Shown here: one piece after another, positions 25,501 through 34,887 of the stretch | Position numbering within the stretch: the first letter of the stretch is position 1 | Layout of the letters: each line of letters opens with the position of its first letter | NCBI GenBank assembly: GCA_037379345.1 | Contig: CM074522.1 | Location: 26,350,001 to 26,414,000 of the forward strand | Reading direction: 5' to 3' | Origin: Perna viridis | Taxonomy: Eukaryota | Length of the DNA stretch: 64,000 nt | Position numbers and translations under genes: made by a program | Notes under the pieces: generated by a model | What the model saw: the letters and a program-made list of their open reading frames with translations, nothing else | Told to the model about the DNA's origin: nothing | Database searches by the model: none

Positions 25501-28500
25501 ATATACTTACGGTCAGTATCTACAAAATAGTTCAATTATCAGTATTTATCCGAAAGAAAAATTAAGGAGATATATAAAGTGAAACTATAGAAAAAATAAC
25601 TACCAATCTGCGGATACCGTAAGTGTTTATGGGTATATTCGTTTTTACCAGTTTGTGTCACTGTTGTGTAGTTACAATTTTAGCCTACCCACTAAAAGGA
25701 ATTATTTGCGAATATTTGTTTGACAGAAAACATAACTCGATCAAAAATGGTTTACCAGCTGTCACAGCATTTTTGTGCCAAAACAAAGTACATGTTCTAT
25801 TTAATTTTCAAAATATTATTACGATATTTGAAGGTTTCCTAGTAGATTTGCAATCGGGATATATTGGCTACATACTGCAACTTATTATTGAGTCAAAATT
25901 CACAATTAAATAATAGGCTGAAATGGCTGGAAAAAAAACACTCTCAAAAAAAGGAGAATGTCAGATATCAAATACTTTTCCACAGTTGAAGGAGGTAGGC
26001 CTAAGGTAAGGGACACAACTCCTAAAAATCATAGGAACGTTTGCATTCAGCATTTTACATCAATATTATCTAAGCATCTAATTAACTTAGATTGATTTTA
26101 TTCTGTTTCAAACAAAAGCTTGAGAGGCTTTGGTGAAATTGAATATGATAAAAAACATATCACTGATTTCAAGAGTTATATCCTTACCATAGGTCTACCT
26201 CCTTAAAAAAGAAAATTACAAGTTTTAGATCCATTTTGCAAGAAGGTCTCCATGACAGCATTGATGAAAAGCAAAACGTTTACTTCGAAGTAAGCACACA
26301 TTTAACCTAAGTATTATACAATTTCATACAAATTTGACTAATTAACATTTTTTAGGGTCGAATTTGATATAAATTGAACTAAATTCTTATATCAATAAAT
26401 GAATTTCAATGTAATAGTAACGACAATGATGCTTAGTAGTATACCTTACTAAGGAAACAGTAAATGTAATCAATTCTTGCACCATTTTGCAAGACGATTT
26501 AATTTTTGGTGTACTTATGTCGATTGAATTTCTTGAATATATCAAAACAATACTTACACTTATTGCATCTATGGCCACTGTAATGCCCTTTACATAAACA
26601 CAGAAATCCCGTATTTGCGTTTCTACAACTTCCATGAACGCATGGGTTTGATTGACAATAATCATACATCGGTTGTGATATTTCTATAACAAAAAAAAAC
26701 TTACATGTAAAGGGTTGCTTAAATATTTGTAACAAAACTCTATTATTATTAAAACATTACATTTGTTTAATATTATATATATATCTAATTATAGTTTGCT
26801 GTATCAAAACATGTACCTTATCTTGTATTATGGACAAGGGTATTTTTTCAAACCTTTAGGAAAATACACAATCCAAAACATCCTTTACTTTAAAGATGCA
26901 ACCAAGTAACTTTTGAAACAAGTAGGAAACTATTATCATCCGTAAATGAACCCAAACTTTAAGCAACTAAACTGTTAATCCTCGATAAATCTAAATGAAA
27001 ATTGTTTCCTAATGGGTAGCCATAGCGGGCCGATGAAGGTGCAGTTCCGGAATTGATCACATGCCACTTCGTCACTGTCCGGAAGCTTTCTGACAACCAT
27101 TAAGAGTAATTTCCGGAAAATTGGAATTATTTACAAATATGTTCCTAGTGAATAGCCGCAGAAGGCCGATAAAAGTACTTTTGGTATTTATTCTTTATTG
27201 TTCGGAGCTTTATCACACCCTTTCCGGTCAATACCGGGAAAGTTTGTATTGCTTACAAATATTGACACGTTTGAGAAAGCTTTATATGTTTAAAAGATGT
27301 TGACCTTATTTTGGAGTATATGACAGAGTTCTACTTATTGTTTATCGCAGCATATGCTTTATCGGCCTTCGTTAATGTTATCATCCCTCTAGTTTGACTG
27401 CTTTCGGACTGGACTTAATAACATGACATCTGACTGATAAAGCATATGATCTGAAACATGGTATATAATAATCTACATATATCCTATAATATTAAGTATC
27501 ATTTTACTAAAACACTGCACTGCTTATAAGGAACTTTAAAAAGATGTTGTGTTGAAATCGTTATGTCAGTCTTAACCATCTTTCACTTACGACAACAATC
27601 ATTTGTACCGCAATGACCATTGGTGCTTAAAACCCAGATTATCCCTTCAGTCTAAAAAAAACAAATAATTCACAACGTTTATCACACAATCGAAGCAAAG
27701 AAAAAAACACGCAAGCAATTGATGTTTGTATGAAGGGGTGGTAATAATTTGCAATGATACTGTTCCAGCTCAGTTTTTAGACACAATACCAATCTGATGC
27801 GTGTGGATAAGTGTAAAAAGATTTTCTATATTCCCAGAAACTACAGGTACATGGCTTGTTACAGATACCTGTCTCTGAAAGTATTACGATGTTTCTGGAT
27901 TTTTTACGCTTACATTTTGATACAAGTGGAGCTGTTTAAAAAGTACCTTCTCTCAAACATTATTCAATTCTGTAGAGTTAATGTGCGCTGTAAAACAACT
28001 CTGTTGTTACGTACCACTCCACATCAGAATCATGCTAAATGTGATTCATGGTTGGATAGCTTACATATTTTTTGTGATAATGTTTTTTAAAATATCATGG
28101 TAAACAGAAAGTAACATTTGGCTTTTCATATAACCTTTCTTCATAGGAGATACAAATATAGAATGTATAGTTGAATTCAAAATCAAGGAAGACAATCTGT
28201 AAATGCCACTTTAATAAAATAAAAATGTTTGATTTTCCATTTGGATAATCTCCTAAGAACAGTCAGATTGAAATGAACAATTACACATTTCATCATATAG
28301 ACCTATAAACAACTTAATTACAAAAACAAAAATATGTAACCTTTTAAGGGGTATCACATTTCACAGAAGTTGCACGAATCCTACAAAGACTGCCACTTAA
28401 GTCTCAAAACCTAATTTTACTTCGATTATTGTTCTGTGTCATACATGTGTTTTCTCTCAATACAATAATTTCATTTTGATCATCTACATACCAGCACTAT

Positions 28501-30151
28501 TTACCTGGTGAGAAACAAGAATGTAATGGCTCTGTCCCTCGTGGTAATGGTGTCCTGTGCTGGTACATTGTGTGGCGTGCAGGATATGGGAATGATGTTG
28601 GTGGTAGTTATAACTTGTATGCCTTCGTCTTCCCAAAATGAAAGTAATACTACTATGATTTCCACCCAACTGTCTTAAATGATGGTGGTAGTGTACTGGA
28701 AATTTACTTGATGTATACCAGTCATAGATAATTCCATGTTTCGGATAGAAATAACAATGTGTTGATGCAACACTTACATCCACCACAAACATCCATATTA
28801 GTATAGCTACATGGAATGAAATAGCACCCTGTAAATACAAAATAATTATGTTGTTTTATACTGCAGCTACTCATCTATAGAAATGCTTCTAAAATGACAT
28901 AATATGCATAATATAATAAAGATAAAAATTGTATGAATGAACTATCATTTAGTGAAGACAAGTATTAAGACTCGAATGGCAACGGAAAGGAGCGCCATTT
29001 AACATAAAAGTATGACTTGTAAAGGGGTAAGGGTTAAGAGAATTAAGTATTACCGACGGAGGACCTCGGGATGATTGTGGTCTCTGTCAAAATGTTTCAA
29101 TATATAAAGGAAAGGAGAGTGAGAAAAATCTAACAACTAAAGATCACATGTAATCTATCAAAACACAGCAGCTCTCAACATCAAATAGATGTTGCTTCAT
29201 TTTATTTTCTTATAATATACAAACATAAAACAAATTTCACGGTTTTCGTTTTTGGAATGAGAAAAAAATAAATATCCATTGTCTAGCGATGAAAACATTT
29301 ACATAGCTTTATTTGTTGGTAATGTAACCAACTCAATATTCGTTTAAAGTCATTCATCAATGAATTAAAAAAAACATTTCAATCAATCCGCTGTTCCTAA
29401 AAGTTTTAATTGCTTGCTTCATTTTTTTAATAATTCTAAGGAAATTCAAATAGGAGTCATGTTTGAAATTTACTTGAATTTCATAGGATTTTTTCAATTT
29501 TTATCATGGACTAACACATGCAATGTCCCAAATTATTTCTTATCTTTGAATACATCTTATCTATTTTAAGTGTCAATTTAGTCGTTGCAGAAATGGTTTG
29601 ATATTCTTGTAATAGAGTTTTATTAAAAGGTGAAAGCAGGAGGGAGGAACAAAGTAATAAGCTTATGTTGGAAACACTTTGGTGTAACTAACATGTGCGT
29701 TTTTTAAATGTCTTCTTATGATTAGAAATACAAAGCCGTCAGTAAGGGGGCAAGGCTAAATAATTCAGGGCAAACGAATTGCTTCTAGGCAATCTGATTA
29801 AATAAAAATCTTAATATGGAATAAGTGGAAATACTGAAGGTATAACGAGCGGATACTCGTTGGGAATTAAATACGGACAAGCCGACATAAGAAGTAATTT
29901 ACCACCAAAAAAAAACTTAAAAAAACACCAACACACCTTGCGCACGCGTACGCAAACAACATTAACAACCAGAGTGGAATGGGGTGCTAAGGAAGAAAGC
30001 CAATCTTCATTCAAATATAGCAATTAAAACTTATGCTACAATGATGGACAGACACATGGAAATTATAGCACCAGAAATGATTTTGATTAAGATGGTAAAG
30101 TATGTCAAGCAAAGACGTCAACGATTTAAGTTGTGCAATAAAACTTACCAT
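4464..30151 (-). CDS. Gene 1 model (26 coding exons, ~665 aa): secreted His-rich / 10xEGF / Thr-Pro stalk / Tae2-Dae2-like C-terminal domain protein
   Basis: Exons join with consistent phase and no stops from ATG (30149-30151) to TGA (4464-4466), 1998 nt in total. All introns are GT-AG except one GC-AG. Signal peptide [22 protein letters not shown]; no transmembrane segment. Confidence 0.85.
5621..5737 (-). CDS. Gene 1 C-terminal domain exon b
   Basis: [39 protein letters not shown], 117 nt, phase 0-0. Confidence 0.85.
6906..7078 (-). CDS. Gene 1 C-terminal domain exon a
   Basis: [58 protein letters not shown], 173 nt, phase 1-0. Confidence 0.9.
7370..7600 (-). mobile_element. Old Penelope-like RT C-terminal remnant
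   Basis: [29 protein letters not shown] resembles the family's C-terminal region. Other old pieces are at 3340-3470, 6590-6720 and 10040-10095. Confidence 0.6.
8190..8249 (-). CDS. Gene 1 mucin-like stalk exon ([20 protein letters not shown])
   Basis: gttttag|...|gtaaat, 60 nt, phase 1-1. Confidence 0.9.
9202..9228 (-). CDS. Gene 1 27-nt exon, Thr/Pro stalk (EITTTTPSP)
   Basis: ttattatag|...|gtaagc, phase 1-1. Confidence 0.8.
10316..10417 (-). CDS. Gene 1 EGF10 exon
   Basis: [34 protein letters not shown], 102 nt. Confidence 0.95.
10932..10940 (-). CDS. Gene 1 9-nt microexon (AID)
   Basis: ttttgcag|CAATTGATC|gtaagt. Confidence 0.85.
11332..11436 (-). CDS. Gene 1 EGF9 exon (GC donor)
   Basis: [35 protein letters not shown], 105 nt; donor ACAG|gcaagc. 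Confidence 0.9.
12034..12042 (-). CDS. Gene 1 9-nt microexon (PIN)
   Basis: ttttgcag|CAATAAATC|gtaagt. Confidence 0.85.
12622..12723 (-). CDS. Gene 1 EGF8 exon
   Basis: [34 protein letters not shown], 102 nt. Confidence 0.95.
13272..13280 (-). CDS. Gene 1 9-nt microexon (LTN)
   Basis: ttttcag|TCACAAATC|gtaagt. Confidence 0.85.
13870..14240 (-). mobile_element. Old Penelope-like remnant
   Basis: [20 protein letters not shown]...QKFYDRHH on the minus strand plus a diverged 3' UTR. Confidence 0.7.
14463..14564 (-). CDS. Gene 1 EGF7 exon
   Basis: [34 protein letters not shown], 102 nt. Confidence 0.95.
15276..15284 (-). CDS. Gene 1 9-nt microexon (VID)
   Basis: ttgcag|TTATAGATC|gtgagt. Confidence 0.85.
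15908..16009 (-). CDS. Gene 1 EGF6 exon
   Basis: [34 protein letters not shown], 102 nt. Confidence 0.95.
16307..16655. mobile_element. Family A (tRNA-head, TA-associated repeat), deleted and rearranged copy
   Basis: Near-identical blocks to 34331-34794; abuts (TA)n. Confidence 0.8.
16660..17260 (+). pseudogene. Tc1/mariner transposase fossil
   Basis: Broken frames give ...[12 protein letters not shown]... and [17 protein letters not shown], matching Tc1 motifs QDNARPH and SPDLNPIEHLW. TIR-like end GTGTTGCGTTTCTTATTGTGATGAATATA. Confidence 0.8.
17375..17383 (-). CDS. Gene 1 9-nt microexon (VTE)
   Basis: tttttacag|TAACCGAGC|gtaagt. Confidence 0.85.
17782..17886 (-). CDS. Gene 1 EGF5 exon
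   Basis: [35 protein letters not shown], 105 nt. Confidence 0.95.
18160..18201. repeat. (GTTT)n microsatellite
   Basis: Read directly from sequence. Confidence 0.9.
18422..18430 (-). CDS. Gene 1 9-nt microexon (IAY)
   Basis: ttcttgatag|TAGCCTATA|gtaagt. Confidence 0.75.
19627..19731 (-). CDS. Gene 1 EGF4 exon
   Basis: [35 protein letters not shown], 105 nt. Confidence 0.95.
19975..20429 (-). mobile_element. Family B non-autonomous non-LTR retroelement (SINE-like), copy 1
   Basis: TSD CCATCATATATTTA (19961-19974 / 20430-20443), A-rich/(AAAC)n tail, homologous to the copy at 62956-63456. Confidence 0.85.
21472..21480 (-). CDS. Gene 1 9-nt microexon (YVN)
   Basis: ttttgtag|ACGTTAATC|gtaagt. 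Confidence 0.85.
22255..22377 (-). CDS. Gene 1 EGF3 exon (linker included)
   Basis: [40 protein letters not shown], 123 nt. Confidence 0.95.
24753..24854 (-). CDS. Gene 1 EGF2 exon
   Basis: [34 protein letters not shown], 102 nt, phase 1-1. Confidence 0.95.
25511..25519 (-). CDS. Gene 1 9-nt microexon (YTD)
   Basis: ttttgtag|ATACTGACC|gtaagt. Confidence 0.85.
25991..26202. mobile_element. MITE with GGAGGTAG TIRs and TTAA-like target (Kolobok-like)
   Basis: GGAGGTAGGCCTAAGGTAAGG...CCTTACCATAGGTCTACCTCC|TTAA; second copy at 61862-62526. Confidence 0.75.
26558..26683 (-). CDS. Gene 1 EGF1 exon (linker included)
   Basis: [41 protein letters not shown], 126 nt, phase 1-1. Confidence 0.95.
27591..27651 (-). 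CDS. Gene 1 exon: [20 protein letters not shown]
   Basis: tttttag|...|gtaagt, 61 nt, converts phase 0 to phase 1 as required. Confidence 0.8.
28505..28828 (-). CDS. Gene 1 exon: signal peptide + His/Tyr-rich domain
   Basis: ttacag|GGTGCT...CAG|gtaaat, 324 nt, phase 0-0; [16 protein letters not shown]...HYHHHL...HQHHSH...ILVSHQ. Confidence 0.85.
30149..30151 (-). CDS. Gene 1 exon 1 (coding part is ATG only)
   Basis: ACAATCATG|GTAAGT: A at -3 and a perfect phase-0 donor. Joining to the 28828 acceptor creates a signal peptide. Confidence 0.65.
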
Positions 30152-30267
30152 GATTGTAAAGTCTAGATGTTTAGTATTCTGATAAGGCTGCACTTAATGA
30201 CATGACCTAAAATGATTGAAGGTTACACACACACTACTATGAATGTGAAAGCAATCAAAGTTGACAA

Positions 30268-30274
30268 TTTTATA
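30268..30274 (-). promoter_or_regulatory. Candidate TATA box of gene 1
   Basis: TATAAAA about 120 nt upstream of the ATG. An upstream UTR exon (donor near 30584) is an alternative reading. Confidence 0.35.
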
Positions 30275-30632
30275 CAAGATTACTGTAAGCCTTAGAATGG
30301 AAATTGACACATATATTATTATAAAAAGGATATGAAAACATGCAATTTTACACGAAGCCAAATCTTGCCAACAGTGATTCCTCCACATACATGTTTGATG
30401 AACCAAAGTCTGTATCATAAGTGGCTATTTAATGTTTTGTTTTCTTTTTTATCTTTATATCAATTAATATTCAAATTCGTATCAAGATAAATATGTAATG
30501 GAAATACCAGATGAACTTTCACTGATCAGAGCCAAGAACTTAATTCCCATTATGTCTGGCATTTATATAATCACGTTGCCTTACTTAAGGGCGCTGGGAT
30601 GAATATGGTTCTTACGAAAAAGTACTTACACT

Positions 30633-30729
30633 TAAGCGGTGTTGCCATAGATGTCAAGTTCGAGTTCCTCGGAGGCGGAGGGAACGCCCAAATATTTGCA
30701 TCGCAAATTCGACAGTTCTAACATCGTTT
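30633..30729 (+). mobile_element. Family A fragment running into the assembly gap
   Basis: GCGGTGTTGCCATAGATGTC...GAGTTC...CAAATTCGACAGTTCTAACATCGTT. Confidence 0.75.
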
Positions 30730-30869
30730 NNNNNNNNNNNNNNNNNNNNNNNNNNNNNNNNNNNNNNNNNNNNNNNNNNNNNNNNNNNNNNNNNNNNNNN
30801 NNNNNNNNNNNNNNNNNNNNNNNNNNNNNNNNNNNNNNNNNNNNNNNNNNNNNNNNNNNNNNNNNNNNN
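30730..30869. other. Assembly gap
   Basis: N run. Confidence 1.
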
Positions 30870-31165
30870 ATTCTCACTCTATGTAATGAGAAATTTATAT
30901 CGTACAAGAAATGAAATTTTAGCTGTTCACCATGGACATGAAAAGATCAATTGTTTAAAATGATTAATAAAATTTAACCACTCATGACCACAAGTTTAGT
31001 ACCTAGAGGTATACAAACTGCGATGAAATAATTCAACGACATAAGACATTATAAGTATAGGTATATATTACGCTTTTTTCTCTTTTTGAATATTTTTTAT
31101 GCCAACCCTAAATAATTAGGCTAAAAATGTTGACCACAAGTCCCACCTACACTTTCAAATGGAAT

Positions 31166-31222
31166 ATAATTGTCAAATTTACATTTATCAAGCAGCTATT
31201 TAAATGTAAATTTGACAATTAT
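31166..31222. repeat. Perfect 22-bp inverted repeat with 13-nt spacer
   Basis: ATAATTGTCAAATTTACATTTA / TAAATGTAAATTTGACAATTAT. Confidence 0.95.
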
Positions 31223-31328
31223 TTTTCGATTAGCTTAATCAAACTACATTTCGAAATTTAATTTGACATTTTAAAACTGCTGTAGTTCAGTCTAACTAAC
31301 GTTTCACTACTATTTATCAACTATAACA

Positions 31329-31401
31329 ATGATGACATATACTCGCTTTAGTACCACGTTATGCTTATTCGTTGAAGTATTGCTTATCATTTTCTTTAAA
31401 G
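31329..31401 (+). CDS. Gene 2 exon 1 (signal peptide)
   Basis: ACAATG; MMTYTRFSTTLCLFVEVLLIIFFK then G|gtaaga, phase 1. Confidence 0.8.
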
Positions 31402-34400
31402 GTAAGAATAATTTGACATGTACATTGTCATAACAATAGTCCATCTATGCACAGCAGGTAAATTGTAACAATGTGTAATTAAATTACATGTAAAACCGGA
31501 AAATAAGGCAAAGAAAACGGCACAGAGAAAAAACTAATGCGCCTGCAATATATACTCTCAGAAGAAAAGAAAATGAAACGGAAAACAAAAAACGAAAGTT
31601 TTCACCCGTAACAATTCAAGAGAGTTTAATCCGGTAAGCGTCAAATGGATTGTCAACCCGATATAATGATGTGATTTCGTAGTTTCTTATGACTTTTTAG
31701 ATACAGGTTCATCTTCTAATCCGGTGTTCGAAGGTTGTCGAAATTGTACAGACGGTTCATCGTGTGTGTATCGATGGTCTTTTTGTGATGGATGGAATGA
31801 TTGTTTAAATGGTGAAGATGAGGATGAAAACCTTTGCAGAGGTAGGTAAAATGGCTACGTACAATTTAAAATAAAATCATTCTTTTTGTGCAACAGAAGG
31901 GCGTGTGTTTGGTTTAGCCTATTTCCATACCCATGTGGAATTATGAATTATACTACCACCGCACTCATCAACACCTATATTATTTTCAGTTACCCATTTT
32001 TCTTTCATTTATGAACTGATGGGTCGCCAAAATATGAATAAATATTATTCTAAATCACATCCCCTTAAAATCACACCCTGATGGGACCCAAGTGCATTAA
32101 TTGTGAAATTCCTAAATTCTAAATTCTTTATTTGTGAGAGTACATATTGTGTATTAGTATCGTTTCTGTATACTACACCGATCTATTGCAAATACAATTG
32201 TGGACTGTTCATTCCTAAGAGGGGTTAATTTTGTCAACTAGCTATTAAAGAGGGGTCACTTGTTTATGTAGATCTTAAAAAGGGGGCGTTTTTTATTGAT
32301 GATGTTGATCAAGGAACTCATCTGATTTTGCAAAATAAAAACCTAAACAAAAGAAAAGCATCAAATAAGACTACATTTAATTCAAGTATACAAAATCGTC
32401 GCCCGTTACATGCATTATACGTATGCATCCCAGCTTATTAATCGGCGGTTTGTATAAAAATAAGATTTCATGAAGTGCGCATTGTATTGGGAACAGTATG
32501 TGGTGTAAATATGAAATCATGCCAGAAACAGCAGATAAGACATATTATACGTTACACCGTGCATGTAGATCTTGAGCTTCTGGATCGTTGGCTGCAATTA
32601 TACAAATGGCGGACCGAGATCCACCTGGAAAAGGAAAAAATCTTCAAGCATTTATTAGAGAGAGGCGAAATATTCATCACAAACACTAACCTCTAGATCC
32701 GCCTAGTGTATCATAAACTTTGGTCTTTATAAACAGTTGAAGAAAAAAACACAAATGCCTGTTTGTTTCATATACAATACAAGTTGGGATACCAGGCCTT
32801 ATTTTAAAGATACCCGAATGACGTAGTATTTTATCATATGATTTGTACCAAATACGGAGGTTTTTAATATCTGATCAAGCATTTGTTGTTCATCAGTTTC
32901 AGGCATTTTGAGGTCACAACCTTTACCTTTCATTACATACCTAACCTTTATCGCACACCCTTTTTCGCGCCCTTAATTGGATTTCTCAAATGTTATTTTA
33001 TTCAGCGTTTCTCGGGATTTATTCCCACAGTAGACTGTAATTATTATGTGGAAAAAAAAGATAAAAAGACAATTAAAGGCAGAAATACAACAGTTTTAAT
33101 AAAGAAAAATCAAATGTACTTGAGCATCAAAACTAGACCAAAGGAATAGCTATCAAAATATCACTATTATGTTCCTGTTTAAATACAAGTTAAAGCGTAT
33201 AATGCATAGCAAAATGACTCTCCGGCTGATATTGGTATCTCGTGATGATACTGCATAGGAATACAGATTTTGTCATGTATTATTTTCTATATATCTAGGA
33301 TATGTTTGCCTTTTTTCTAGTGCGAATATGTTCTGCATGAATCTGCCTATTACAGCGTGAACACATTCTTGCTGGTTATGGAGTGAAAATACTCTCCACC
33401 AAACCCTTTTACACCAGTTTCAGCTTACGGTGAATTCAAATTTCTTTCAACTCAATAATTGCCTGGTATGCACATTTTCAAAACAAAATTTCTTATACCA
33501 AACATACCAATGCCTGTAGATATGTGCCGTTTTATCAAAACGGTTTTTATAATTCAAAAGATAGTGAGTTTACTAATAATAAATAGCGGGGCTAAAGCAC
33601 ATGATATTTCTCCCCCTTATTAGACATAATAAATTGAATAAAATTAGTAGGATCCTAAATATATGTAAGTTATAGTAATGATGAAAGATTGGGGCACATA
33701 AAAGTATTCAACAACAATTACTTTCTCCAAGTCAGCTGTGTAAAATGTTTTAACAGACAGACACATAGCCAAAACAAAACTACTTGAAGGTACTTACCTC
33801 TACTAAGTTACATTTATAAATATACTGTCTTTCGTCAACAAACCAATAACCAAGTTTTATTCTACACCAAAAATGACGCTCTTTTAATCATATTCCAAGC
33901 ATTCAAATGTTACTCGGTTAACACACAGTATTAATAATATCACAATCGTAACATTAATGATAAAATTTCATGAAACTGATTTCAAATGCAAATTTTCTTG
34001 TGTCATTGAAATGAATTTGTGTTAATAAAGTGTTTTAGGGAATATTCTATAAAGCAACTTATACAGGATATGATGCATGTGTACGAAATCATTATTGACT
34101 TAATATGTGAATATACACTTAAAGTTGAATAAGAAAAGAGATTTATTATTTTGTGGAGATGAGATTGAAAAGCTGACTGGAGAACATCTAAACACACAAT
34201 ATTTTCAATGTAACATTTTGGAATGAATTTCAAAAACTAGTACTCGAATTAGCTAACACTACTCGGACGGTTACAAAGTTTTAAAGACAGTTGAACCTTA
34301 TAATACATGGAATTACATTATATATATATAACATCTCAGAATGTGACGACTCTATTCGCTACACTGCTCCATCGGATCAAATTGATACAGGGAAGATAAC

Positions 34401-34793
34401 GTTAACTTATAGAAGGGTCTGAAAAATTCCCAACGATGTTAGAACTGTCAAATTTGCGAAGCAAATTTTTTGGTCGTTCCCTCCGCCGAACTCGAACTCG
34501 TACTGCTGTGACATCTATGGCAACACCGCCTGCACTAAGTCCCGCGCCCTAGACCACTCGGCCAGCTATGCTATATATAAATATAGCTTTCGCTGGCAGG
34601 GTCTGAGACGTTGTATAATATTGATTTGTTGTGACATGCATCATTAATTTGATCCTCTATCCTACATAATAACACCTAGATGAACTGTCCCGTACTACCA
34701 TACATCGTGTACTAAGTTACAGCCCTAGATTAATCCGACGAGGTGCTTCGCAAATTTGACACTTCTAACATCGTTGGGAATTTTTCAGACCCT

Positions 34794-34887
<94 letters not shown>

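Noticed and set aside
10316-26683. Gene 1 as Notch, Crumbs, fibropellin or mussel foot protein 2
   Set aside because: No TM, LNR, LamG, CUB or avidin domain is present. The repeats lack the Lys/Tyr-rich character of mfp-2, and the termini differ.
34480-34565. tRNA gene (A box TGGCCGAGTGG, B box GAGTTCGAG, minus strand)
   Set aside because: I cannot build a cloverleaf, and it sits inside a multi-copy repeat. It is a tRNA-derived head.
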